From Klebsormidium nitens (lineage: Eukaryota > Plantae > Klebsormidiophyceae), in contig DF236969.1 in the NCBI GenBank assembly GCA_000708835.1, positions 1 through 64,000 on the forward strand: a stretch of 64,000 bases of DNA. Direction: 5' to 3'. Below are positions 24,033-36,733 of the stretch, one piece after another. Below the pieces are notes generated by a model. The model saw only the letters and a list, made by a program, of their open reading frames with translations, made no database searches and had not been told where the DNA came from. The first letter of the stretch is position 1. The number at the start of each line of letters is the position of its first letter. The position numbers were made by a program, and so were the translations under genes.

Positions 24033-26667
24033 CTCCTCACGCGCTGAGGTTTGGAAGGACTTATGAAATGATAATGTGTTGGTTGAAATGTGGGCAGGAA
24101 AACGACAAATGTGGGCAGGAAAAGGACAGAACGGCGCCTCGATTGTGCGATTTTGGGCAGTGAAAACTTGTTGAAAACGAGCTGGGGCTAGCAGATTGGG
24201 GATAGTCAGGAGCCTCAAGCGGAGGGCTTCTTTTATGTTTCTTTGCAGCTTGAGGAACGGCACCACTTGGCTACTTATAGTGCTGGTCACGAACAGCTTT
24301 ACGGGCTAGTTGGGTAAGCAGCTGAGGGATATGAATGTTCTGAGAAGTGGTGAGTGAAGTTATACTGATTGTCAGAACCAGCGCTGTTCCATGGAATATT
24401 TGAACTCTCATGGGTGGGCATGCACTACTACTAGCAGGTACTTTGGGTTCCAGTCGAGTATCACACTCTGGTGGGGCGGCGTCACTTCGCAGCTTGTGCA
24501 TTAAGCTTAGTGGCCTGCTTTCGCGCTGCTTTCACAGGGGAGCTTCGAGAGCTTTCCAGTGTCGGTCTACAGGTAGTTCAGAGGCGCTGATGAGAGCTTT
24601 CTGGTAGTACCTTAGTACTACTAGAAGCCGGTAGGTTTTAGGTACGTTATTTTGAGTACTAATGTCTGAGCTTGTGTACAGCTGGTAAGAAGTGTACCTA
24701 CATCATAGTATGTAGCAAGCACTCGACTTGCAGTGTCCACATAGGAAATGTACGGCAGAACCTTCCAAACGAAGAGCTTCCAAGGCCGCCAGCCCGGTGC
24801 CAGGTATGCAGCTTCTTCGACCCATTCTGCGAGCGGGTCGGGGACTGCTTTGCACAGTGGAACAACCCCCTGGCCGCCGGGCCGCAAGAATCCGCATGTG
24901 CATATGCCGCCTATGTATGGCAGGCTGCCGCTGCAAAAGTAGGTACATGCTCCTAAATCCTGATAGGTAGCTTGTCGATCTATCAGGGCTGCCTACCGTA
25001 GCTAGAAACGGTTACAGGTAGTAGGTACAAAAATCAGAAATTTCCCGATATGTCTGCCGGCCGACCAGACGGTTCTTGACGGTCGTTGGAACTTCGAAGT
25101 TTCACGTATAACTTACTACGGTAGGTTTAAAACCTTTTGTTCGCGCGGCGACCGTACCAGAGAAGCGTCGACCAATCCGAAACTTGCAGCTGGAAGCTTG
25201 CGGTGACATCAGCATCGGGTCAGCAGTTCGGACTTAGTAATTGACGGCGGAGATTTGATGCGCTTCGGCGATCGACGGTCGAGACCGTCCACTTCATTTC
25301 GCCTACGATCATACTGGCAACTGCCTACCTACTTCTGTGAGATCTGTGATGATGATGCTCATGACGCTATGATCCTATGACGGGCAGTCTGAGTCGTTCA
25401 TTGTCTAGAGCTCTAGAGAGATTGCGCAATGGCTTTGGCTTGACCAAGTTGCTCTCAACACTGTAATTGCGTCACAATCCAGCCTTCTTTTCTGATGGGC
25501 TTTCAACTTCTATCCAACGCAATCTTGAAATCGAACTTGAAATCGATGCTGGTAATTAATGATATGGACCGACGGCAACAGGCAAATGATCAACGGCAGA
25601 TGACATTACGTTGCCATCAACAAAGAATTTGAACGGCCGATCGAGGTTAATCTGCACTCCGTTGGTTCGAGGTCGGTCACTCCAAAGTTTCTGAGAGCCA
25701 GAAGAAAGGAGAAGCCCGTTGCACAACGTAGTAGCCAATCAAGTCGAACTGGGAGAGCCATGAAATTGTGCACATTATTACTGATTGAAGTTCGTATGGG
25801 GACATTTGACAGAAGACACTAACTCTGGTACAGCTGCAGTACAGCAGGGCGAAGGCAATGAAGATATAGACAGCGACACGGTCCTATCACGGTCCTATAC
25901 CGTCCTCTGAATGAAATCAGAAAAACCCCATGCGGCCCGTTCGATCATATCACTATCATAAATGTTGTGCATGGCATATATTCGAGATACCGTACCTGAG
26001 TGTAGGTCTTGCCTTGAGGGCCCTCGAATATATTCAAGTTTGCTTATGTGCTGGAATTGTAGCATAGTCAGAGCTGTTGAATGCGACGAGATGAGAAGTC
26101 CCTTGCATTGCATCCAAACGGACAGGCCGATACAAAAGAATTTGGAGACGACGCTCCTTGCTTCCACTTTAGACTGATCGTGCTAGTATGCCAGACGTGT
26201 AGTAAGCTTGCAAATCGAGCGTATTTGCCCAGGCTCCTTAATGCACTCTTGCGTTCATATACTACTTGCAAGATGAGTCAACATAAACTCGATCATTGAC
26301 AGAAGCCGCTCTAAGTCGACCGTCGGCGGCCTATTTTGCTCGCAATGTGATAACGAGCTCGCAAGCCATTTTGAATAGGATCTGTCACATCAAGAGGTAT
26401 CTAACTCAGAACAGACCTAAGACGTTAGAAAAGGTATGCCAACTCCGCAAACATGTTACTTCATGTCCGAGTCCTCAAGCCAACACCCTCCAACTCTTAC
26501 GTACCAGACTCATGCCCTAAGAAGAAGTACTTGCGGTCATATCTTTCCCTTGAGTACGACTTGTCTCTACAGCTTCAAGATCCAACAAATGTCTGAATGC
26601 GAACATTTGTACAATCGGCAGTGAACTCGACAACCAACTGAGTCACCAATCGCTGCTACCAAGATGA

Positions 26668-28306
26668 TCAAACTCCCTGCATGGTAACCACTATTTTACG
26701 CGAACTACCCCGATCTCGATGTTCACACAGCCAGATGCCCTGCCATGTGCCTAAGTTCAATTTTCCGTCCGTGATGGGAATGTTTAGCGATGCCCCGAAC
26801 ATGGACGCCTTTATGTGTGCAGGCATGTCATCTGATCCTTCAATCGTGTGCCGCCAGGGCGCCTTCTTGCCTTCGGGAACGACCGTGTTCAGGAAGGTTT
26901 CGGTGTCGTGTCTAACGTCTTCGTCATAGTTCTCGTTGACAGTCAGCGACGCGCTTGTATGCTGGAAAACACAAGAGATTGCTTGGCTCCATCATCTTGT
27001 GAAGGTTTCCGGAACGCGATGGCCCAAAGAGCTACTCATAATCTTCGCAAAGATAAAGAGAAGACCGCTTCAAGCACTCTCACTGCAGGGCGATCGAGGA
27101 AGGAAGCGGTGTCAGATACCTCACACTAGAATCAATGCAATTGTTGTGGCTCCTGATGGAGATGGTGAGGTTGCAAAATACCCAAAAACAAAGGGTTTTT
27201 TGCGCACTTGATCAGGCATGGGGAACCCAGCATCTTCAGTGCGTGCCAATAATAGGACACACGGCTTTAGACTTGGTGGCAGACACTGCTCGTATTGCTG
27301 CAATCAGTGGAGCTTGTGAGTTCGCCTTTACAGTAGACTGTTCAAATGCTATGGCCTTACCTGTAGGAAAAAGTTTGCGAGCCCTGTCTGGAACTGCTTC
27401 AGATCCCCGCTCAGATCTTTCAACACCTGCAGATTCTCACAGCTATGTCAGGACAAACGATTGTATGGTTGTAACAGTCTGTCAAGCGCAACAACTGGAT
27501 TTTGACCGACGTTGATATTCGTGCGTCAGAATGAAAAATCCGGCAGTAGAGGGTTGGAGGGGCAGCGAGCGTCTAATGAAGACAGGGTTCTTTTGTGAAA
27601 GCTACGTTCCGGCTCAATACATGACAACTACCAGTCAACTTTCAGGACATCTTGCAGCTTCAATACTGCGGAGAAGGAACCCGTTGACGAGCTCAGGAAA
27701 GTTGCTGCGACGAAACTCCCACAAGCAGCCCTGAGCTGCATGCATGATGTCACACTACGTTCTGTCAAGAAGTTTAGTATTGGTGCATACTCAAAAGTGG
27801 CCCTGGTAGGCTTGCGCAGCTGACTACATCACTATCCCAAAAGCAGCCAACCACAAAAGCGCACGTTGGTCAGCGTAAGCTGCGACAAACCTACAAACAA
27901 CCATGCTGTGCATGCGCTACAATCTGCAGAGATGAACCTCTTCAGACAACAGCTGAGCAGCTCAAATAGACAAGAGATGGAATCATGTGTATCAGCATTC
28001 TCTTACCTGATCAGTGACAAGGTGGCAGCCCCTGCTCTTCGCTGGCAGCACCACTGTTTTCTGCACCCACTTCGCAGCCATGAAAGCCTCAGTCTTTGTA
28101 TCTACAATGGGGATTCGATCTCGGATAGCTTTTTGCAGAGAGAAGGGCCTTTCTTCCACCACCTCCGGTCTGGCTACCTGAGTGCCCCGCCGCCGAGGGA
28201 CGGGCTTGACCCCAGTTTCTCCAAACAGATGATTTGATATGGAATACAAGCAGACTGCAAGAGCAAGGGTGATGAAGAAGGATTTTGGTGAAAGATAGCC
28301 CGACAT
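26668..28306 (-). CDS. YjbQ/UPF0047 family protein (secondary thiamine-phosphate synthase-like) with hydrophobic N-terminal extension; 3 exons
   Basis: Exons 28306-28007, 27426-27361, 26961-26668. Motifs KWVQKTVVLPAKSRGCHLVT, LQHTSASLTVNENYDEDVRHD, EGSDDMPAHIKAS and LNLGTWQGIWLCEHR. Confidence 0.92.
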
Positions 28307-28839
28307 GAAGGCGCCCCCAATTGCTAGCTAGATCCACCTGCTGATCTTTCAGAGCTACAACTCAGAAATTGGAATCCACTTGGCTTTACCCAACGCTTTT
28401 TGGGTTAGGTATTATAAGTTAGGTTTGAAGCGTCAACGGCTGTCTAGAGAGGTTCAGGTTGACAGGAGACGGCAGACGTCTGATACCGTTACCAGCCATC
28501 CCAGCCATGATCCCCCGCAAGACCGACACGAAGCTCGAAGCGCCGTCGGCGTCGGCGTCGGCATCAGACGTCCTGTTCGTGGTGACGTTGTCTATTAATA
28601 AACCCACTAGTTTGGGCAAACCAAGGCTGCCTTGAACTTTCAGCTACGTACCGGTAGATCTCCTACACAGGAGGTTCTCAAGATCAGCATGCTGCATAAG
28701 GCTAAGCCAGCACTGCAGCAGCATTCGTGATCACTGATGATGGTGGCGCAAAGCAGTTTCCTCCCGATGCTTGAAAGCCTAGGCCTGAGACGAAAGTGAC
28801 GGGTCTCCGGCCAGTCGGGCTTCCAGAGCACCGTCAGGA

Positions 28840-31800
28840 ATGATGGGGCGCGTGGGGGCCCGGGGTCTCTTTGGGATCCTGGGCCGCGTGCAGAATCTGC
28901 GGTGTACTTCTCACCACTCAAATGCTGGCACAGGGCAGATAGCTTCAGGGTTGGAGAGAACTGTTGCAAACGCTAGTGGTGATTTGTCGGGGTTGTTTTG
29001 CAGAGAGGTAAGAACAAGGAAACCTTTCGTTCGGAAAAGGCAACTGCGAGTGTCTTTGAATCAGCGTTATTTTTTTTTTGCAGCGTTCTCAGCACTATCA
29101 AAGAAGTGGTGTTTCTAGGATTGTATGCTGAGTCTGTGGTAACTTCAGGCAATTGGCTTTCAGGTATCGTGCATCAACCTGATTATATTAGCACTTCCAG
29201 CTGCTAACTAGTCCGCATCTAACATCGTGCAGTTGAGTAGCGGGTCAGTTTCTGGTCGGAGCATCAGGGTCAGAGGGTTTGCAAGTTTGGCTGCACTGAA
29301 AGACGAGAAGGTGAGGCGCCTGTACTCCTGAAAATGGTCAAAGACATCAAGAGCAGCTGAAGCCCTAAAAGTCGCAATCGCACAGCTCTGTAGCCTTTTC
29401 TCATCGCGCAGCTATCCATAACCGTGCATCGTTATTCCGTGACGAACTCCTTTGTAGGGTCAATCAGTCAAGCGCCGGCACTGGATGTTTCCAGAACAGA
29501 TAGGGAAAACCTCAAAGACTTTGAGGTGTCTGAGGCATGCAACAGGGAATGTACCATGTTAATGCCGTACAACAATTCCATCATGGAAATTTTTTGAGAT
29601 GGCTTTTTGGAAAGGGAAAGGACTAGTCCAGTGCGCCGGCGATGCATCCTTGGCATGCCTTGACCAACAGTGGCATCGTAAGTGCAAGCGTTGTACATCT
29701 CTGTGTCTTGCAACTTTTTAAATTTTGAGGCCTCTTCTAGTGATCTCTTGTATGATGTACAATACTTGCGACTTGAGGCCCGGCGGAACCTGCTTGATAG
29801 GGCCCCCTTTGTATCGGTTCCCTTGTCAATCTCCAAGGCATTGCTTTTCCAGAGTCATTGAAGTGAGCGAAACAGAGGCCAGGTGTAAGCTCTCTGTTCA
29901 GTGACCAAGTAATCTACCCTGGCAACTTCCGTTCGTTGCGTCCAAATACCGCGTCAAAAGAGACCTATCATTACGCTAGATATGGTACTTTCTGGTCTGG
30001 AAACGAGGTTTTAAAATTGCAATTGTGAGGAATGTTTCCTTTCCCACTTCAGGAAGCATGGCGATCAGAGATGGAGAAGATTCGCAACATTGGCATTAGC
30101 GCCCACATCGACTCTGGCAAGACCACGTTGACTGAGCGGATTCTATTCTATACGGGGCGGATCCATGAGATTCATGAGGTAAGGCTGTGGTTGCCTTTAC
30201 TCTTTTCAAGAATACCTCTTCATCATTTCCTGTGGTCCATTTGCTGCTATGATTTATGTGCTACAAAAGTCGCATGTTTTGATTCAGAAGGTGCGTTACA
30301 AGTGGAAGGGAGAATTTGATTGCACTGGTATATTCTTTCCTGGTAGACTCGCTGAACACGCGTCAAGTTGAGTCCAACAGAAGTGGTGGTCAGAAAAGAG
30401 GACGAATCGAGGTATACGGCGATCAATCAGGACGAGGAAACCTTCGTGACAGTCTGCACTAAGTTCGCAAATCATGTGGCCAACTTTGATAGCTTGTAGC
30501 AGACATGAGCAAGGAAACGAGCACAGGCTCCGTACAGGCAATGACGGCTCGACTAAGCACGGATTGTTTCAGAAGTATTGTATTTAAGTGGCCAGTAAGT
30601 ATTGTAATTTCTAATAGCTGTTATGACTGTTGTGGCTCAGTCTGTCAGTGCTCGGGATGCACAGACGCCAGACGACTTTATCCAAATATTTCAAAACATG
30701 ATTTCGCAGATAAGCTCGCTGGAAGCCCAGTTCTAATTTTCATCATTTTCAGGTGAGGGGAAAGGACGGGGTGGGGGCCAAGATGGACAGCATGGAACTA
30801 GAGCGGGAAAAGGGGATCACGATCCAGTCTGCCGCAACGCACTGCACGTGGGGCGACAACCAGATCAACATCATCGACACACCAGGTGAGTGCGGAGAAT
30901 GTCGGGCAGAAAATGAGCGTTCATATCATCATTCTTCCTGATTCTTTGTGGTATAACAAATGTGTAACTCGTGTTTCTTTCATGCGTCATGCTCGTCTTC
31001 TTCCCGTGGAGGAGGGATGAAGGCGTTTTCTTTTCGTGTGGCGTCGTCAGGAGCCATCAACGTCAGGAGCCCTTTCTTCCCTCAGTTGAAGCGACCTAGT
31101 TTTCTTCGGGAGGTTCTCTCAAGTTTCTGATTGCAGGTGACCAACCTGTGTCGCAGTCCTTTCGACGCTATTTTGGTTCAGGTTCAAAGCGGGCTTGCGT
31201 GTCCAGGATTAAGTCATCACTAATTCCGCCTCAACCCCTTGTGTAGGCTAAACGAATCTGAAAAAGGAATGGAATGACTCCGGACGTGCTAAATGAAGAT
31301 TCTCGGATGCCGATAGTCCGAGATTTTCCAGGACGGTTTTTCCCAAGTTGTCTTTCCTGAATCTTGAAGTTGAGGGAAAGCGGGGCCTTTGTGTGCATGA
31401 CCGAACCCCCTCACAAGCTAGTACTTCGTACACTCATCTGACGGTCCCCAGACACTCTTCCTTTACTACCTTCTCCGACCATGTTCAAGGATCTGACAAT
31501 CCGGATGAAACGTGTGCTGCGTGTGCTGCGTCGATCTTACCGGCCACTCCTTCAATGAATCCAAATGCTTTTCTGAGGGTATTTTCGTTCTCATCCGCTC
31601 TCCCTTCCTCCCAGGTCACGTGGACTTTACGATCGAGGTGGAGCGCGCTCTGCGCGTGCTGGACGGCGCGGTGCTGGTACTTTGCAGCGTGGGGGGTGTC
31701 CAGTCGCAGTCCATCACCGTGGACCGTCAGATGAAACGCTACAGCGTGCCACGTGTCGCCTTCATCAACAAACTAGACCGAGCGGGGGCGGACCCCTGGA

Positions 31801-34800
31801 GGGTCATCAACCAGCTCAGGTAAGGAGGAGAGGTGTGGGGTCTTGGTTTAACTGCGAGTCCGCTGTATGATCTCGAAGCTGGCACGATAGTCAGCGATAC
31901 TCGATCGTCTTTACGCCTCCCTAAGGTGATTCGTCAGCGTGCAACGGCATCCTTACAGGACACTGTTTTCGTCCGCAACTGAGGAACTCTCGGTGGGGCC
32001 GTTTGGTCATAACACGTTCCAGGCCGCAGCTCCGAAAACTTCTGTGTGGCGAATATTCCTAAAAGCGATCTTTTCGGCAACCAAGCTGACCTGCATCCAA
32101 CTCTTTCCGAAAGTCGAAGACATCTCGGGCATGCTGTTTGGTCCTTAAGGCAAAGCCAGGGTCCTGTCCTTTTCCTCTAGTTCGAGCCCCCATCTTTGGC
32201 GACGAGCACATTCCTTATGATGCATCCGTCCTGTTCTGTTTCAAGACGAAGCTCCGGCGCAACTGCACGGCAGTACAGGTGCCCGTTGGCCCGAGAAGAA
32301 GTTGGAGGGCCTGGTCGATCGTATCAGCATGAAGGCCTGCTCGCATTTCTGACACTCCCGTTTCGTTCGGGCAGAACGAAGCTCCGGCACAAGTGCGCAG
32401 CGGTCCAGGTGCCTAGCGGCTACGAGAACGAACTGAAAGGCTGTGTGGATTTCATTGCCATGTAGGCCTAATCGTTCTTCTGACGCGTTTGTTCCGTTGC
32501 GTTCCGTTCTTTCCTTTCAGAACGAAGCTCCGACACAACTGCGCGGCGGTCTAGGTGCCCATCGGCCTGAAAGGCATTTCTAGGGCCCTGTCATTTCCTT
32601 CCAAACTCGATTCCCGTTGGTCGTTCTTCTGACGTATTTCATTCCGTTCCGTTGTTCCGTACAGAACGAAGCTCCGGCACAACTGCGCGGCGGTCCAAGT
32701 GCCCATTGGCCTCGAAAACGAGCTGGAAGGTCTTGTCGACCTCATCGACATGAAGGCCTACTCGTTCGACGGCGCGAGCGGGGAGACGATCCGGGAGCGG
32801 CCCATTCCGGCCGGAATGCAGGCGCTGTGCGAGGAGAAGCGGACGGAATTGATTGAGAAGCTGGCGGAGGTGGACGAGGACATGGCGGAAAAGTTCTTGG
32901 GGGAGGAGAAGGTTGACGCGCATATGCTGCAGGTAGGGCTTCTCTGCTTGTCTTCTCTGTTCCTCATCGCCCGAATACAGGTTTTGTCTGCTTGTCTTTT
33001 GTGTCTCTCTGTTTCTCGCGTTTGAATTGTGTTTCTGCTCATCTTCTCCGTATATCCTTGTCCAGACGAGGAGGGCAGCTTTTGGCAAAGGTTGATGGGG
33101 TTCAGCGTTGCATCCTTTGGGCGGGTTCGGTGTGTCAAGGGGACCGTGTCTCCTGACCCGCAATTTGTTAACGTCGCTGTGGTCTTTTCAGACCATTTGC
33201 CACGGCTGCGCTCCACCCCCCCCCAACATAATCTACCAGGCCGCCATTCAGCGGACGACCCTGATCCGGGAATCGGCGCCGCTTTTCATGGGAAACGCGT
33301 TCAAGAAGCAGTGGGTGCCGGTTTCCCTTTTGGTCGCTTGTGAACGGGAAGCTTGTAAACGTACCCATACAAATCCTTTCTTCGAGCAGGCCGCCATTCG
33401 GCGGGCAAGCCTCAGCCTACTTCTCACTCCCATGCTCATTGGCAACCCGTTGAAGAAGGACGGCGTCTAAATATCACAGGGGTAATAGAAGCAATACCCC
33501 TTCTATTACTTCCTTTCGTACCTTTCACTTATACAACCCTTTTTGATTCGTGTTAACAGGCTGCCATTCGGCGGGGGACTCTGAGCCTGAATTTCACGCA
33601 TATGTTTTGGGCAGTGCTCTCATGAACAAGGGCGTGCTGGTTTCTCCTTTTCTGTTGTTTCTTGAAGTGGAAAATTAAAGCTTACTTATACCAAACTTCT
33701 GACTCCCTTCGAACAGGCCGCGATTCGGCGGGCGATCCTGAGCCTGGATTGCATGCCCGTCTCAATGGATAGCGCGTTTGAAGAACAAGGCCGTTCTTGT
33801 TACGTCTGTTGAGACTTTTCAAGTAAAGAAGACTTTCGTAACACTTCCAACCAACCTGCTTAATCTTTCTTTCACCAGGCCGCCAAAGTCTGGAGTTCAC
33901 GCCCGTCTTCATGGGCAGCGCATTCATTAACAAGGGCGCGCTGGCTTACCTTTTCTTCCATCTTGTGAACTGAAACTTTATAATCTACGCATTCAAAACT
34001 TCTGACTTCCTTCAAACAGGCCGCAATTCGGCGGGCGACCCTGAGCCTGGAGTTCACGCCCGTCTTCATGGGCAGCGCGTTCAAGAACAAGGGCGTGCAG
34101 CTGTTACTGGACGGTGTCATCGACTTTCTGCCGGCGCCCACCGAGGTGGAGAACCACGCGCTGGACCAGAACAGGGAGGAAGCCAAGGTACGCTGACGTC
34201 AAATCTGGAAGCGGTGACGTAAGACTCGGAAACGAGCAGTCGGGCAGCCTGAGGTCGTTTGCATGGACGCCTCTGGCGGCGGACCGAAAAACTTCGTCAG
34301 TAGGGCTAGCGCCCCCCATTTCATTGCCAAGAGCGATTGTAGACAGCGAAGGGCCGTTTCTCGGCTGGCCGAAAGAGAAGAACGACAACTGTTACCAAAC
34401 CCGCTTGTGGGCACTTCATCCGTATGCGCATCTAGAGGACTCGCACGCCTCGAGCCTTCGTCCATGTGAAGTTCCAAAATTTTGTGAATTTAACATCCGA
34501 TAATATGAGGAGCCTGAGCTTGGACTCTTGGTGTTTTCCAGAATTGCAAACGATTGTCCAACAGCATTCTGGGAGTGAATAAAAAGTATCGCTATTGCTG
34601 ACGACTTAATGCAAACGTGCAAAGTCTCAAGCCAACATTTGGGCTAACCTGGCGGCATCGCCCAGGTGCCTCTGACGAGCTCTCCTAGCGGTGGGCCCGG
34701 CTTTCAAGCTGGAGGAGGGGCGCTTCGGTCAGCTGACGTACAGGCACAGTAAATGGATCCTGAAAAGGGGCGGACCTATTCTTCCTTTGGTACATGCTAA

Positions 34801-36696
34801 CCCGGATTATTTGCACAGGTTCCGCTAAGGAGTTCCCCGAGCGGCCCGCTGGTGGGCCTGGCCTTCAAGCTGGAGGAGGGGCGCTTCGGTCAGCTGACGT
34901 ACAGGCACGCTTTATTAAGCCCTTTTTCTGTAACATTCCTTCTGCTAACCCGGTTTATCTGCACAGGTTCCGCTGACGAGCTCCCCGAGCGGTCCACTTG
35001 TGGGCCTGGCGTTCAAGCTGGAGGAGGGGCGCTTCGGTCAGTTGACGTACATGCGCATCTACGAGGGCAGTCTGCGCAAGGGCGAGTTCATCACCAACTG
35101 TGTGACGGGGAAGAAGGTCAAGGTGCCGCGCCTGGTGAGCCGGCCGCTGACGCCACGGTCCAAGTCATTGCTGACGTCGTGCTACGAGTGGGGAGGGTCC
35201 TGACGTCACGGGCGTGAAAGCTCAGCGGAGGGCAGCCGCTTTGTGGTGTTTGTGCTGGAAAATTTTCTTTAAGCTATTCTCGACGACGCCACTGCAGAAA
35301 ACAAGGGAAGGAGAAAGGCTGCCTTTGATACCGACCCACCGTCAGCTTTATATCAACCAAGAAACTGTTCGTTTCTATGAGGCTGAATGCTGGTTAATTG
35401 GAAAGGGTAAGTCCTCTAATGGTTCCGCCTTTGGCCGGCCCAGTCGCTGACGTCATGCTCCGCTCTGGCCAGGTGCGCATGCATTCTGACGACATGGAGG
35501 ACGTCAGCGAGGCGCGGGGGGGGGACATCGTGGCCATGTTTGGGGTGGACTGCGCGAGCGGGGACACGTTTACCGACGGTTCTGTGAAATACACGATGAC
35601 GTCAATGAACGTCCCGGACCCGGTCATGTCGCTGGCAATCACGCCGACCAATCGGGAAGGATCTACGAATGTAAGAAAAATCAGAGGCTACCTACATGTT
35701 TGTTTGTGGTTGATTGTGTTGACGATTGTGACTTTGCCCAGAGGATTATGTATTATGATGGTTTCGGAGCAGTTATGTCTTTGGCGATAACGTTGACCAA
35801 CCAAACGGGAGCACGAATGTGAGGCGTATTTTTCTGCTGCTCTTTTCAAAGGACCTTTGATACCTTAGGTGTGAAAAGACATTAGAGTTCCAGAAGGCGT
35901 TCACTTGACGAGTCCGTCAAATGCCATGTCCTGGATTGACGTTCTCAAAAAGAAGCGCTCTCAAGAGAGATTTTGCGAAGTCACGGAATTCCAAGAGTCA
36001 GGTCCATCAAAGTCAAATTAGGCCTGTCTCGTAATCAGTGTCATCCTGCACTTCTTGCAGACTGAAAGATATCAGGAGGAGTTTCCGGCGGTTTAAGGGT
36101 GTGCCCGCTTGATCGACAAATCTGATGCGCACACTTAGTCGACGAGCTCAAACCAATAGGCTCCGCTTAATGTTGAAGAATCTTTGGTGTGTGGTCCTTT
36201 GAAAGACACGAACCCAGAAGAGACAGCTTTCAACTCATGTTTTCAAAGAGCCGGGTAATTTCGAAAAGCAAATTGAAATCTAATCACCACATATTTCCGT
36301 TCAAACTTTCAGCAACCCCGCTGACGTTACACTGCTCCCGCCCTGCGCAGTTTTCGCGCGCGCTGAATTGGTTCCAGAAGGAGGACCTGAGCAAGAGTGT
36401 TGGGCCTCATGACACACGTTTTACAAGCTCTCAGTAACCTGCTGACGTCGATCCCTGCAGTTTTCACGCGCGCTGAACCGGTTCCAGGAGGACACAACGT
36501 TCCGCGTGAGCCTGCTTCAAGAGAGCGTGACTGTCTCTCAAAAGTAGCCCCCAACTTAGTCTAGCTAGGAGGCTCAGTCACGGTGCTAAGATGCTGACGT
36601 CACACTGCTCCCGCCCTGCGCAGTTTTCGCGCGCGCTGAACCGGTTCCAGAAGGAGGACCCGACGTTCCGCGTGAGCCTGGACCCCGACAGCGGGC

Positions 36697-36733
<37 letters not shown>

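Noticed and set aside
25300-26640. Several 60-90 aa ORFs downstream of the YjbQ gene
   Set aside because: No consistent exon chain or motif; probably UTR or intergenic.
29468-29836. 122-aa antisense ORF in EF-G intron 2
   Set aside because: No motif and no supporting splice or codon pattern.
33215-34019. Echo arrays read as a CRISPR array or an assembly artefact
   Set aside because: The repeated part is host exon sequence diverged by 10-27%, spacers are homologous to each other, and no cas genes are present. Artefactual copies would be near-identical and would not show a gradient.
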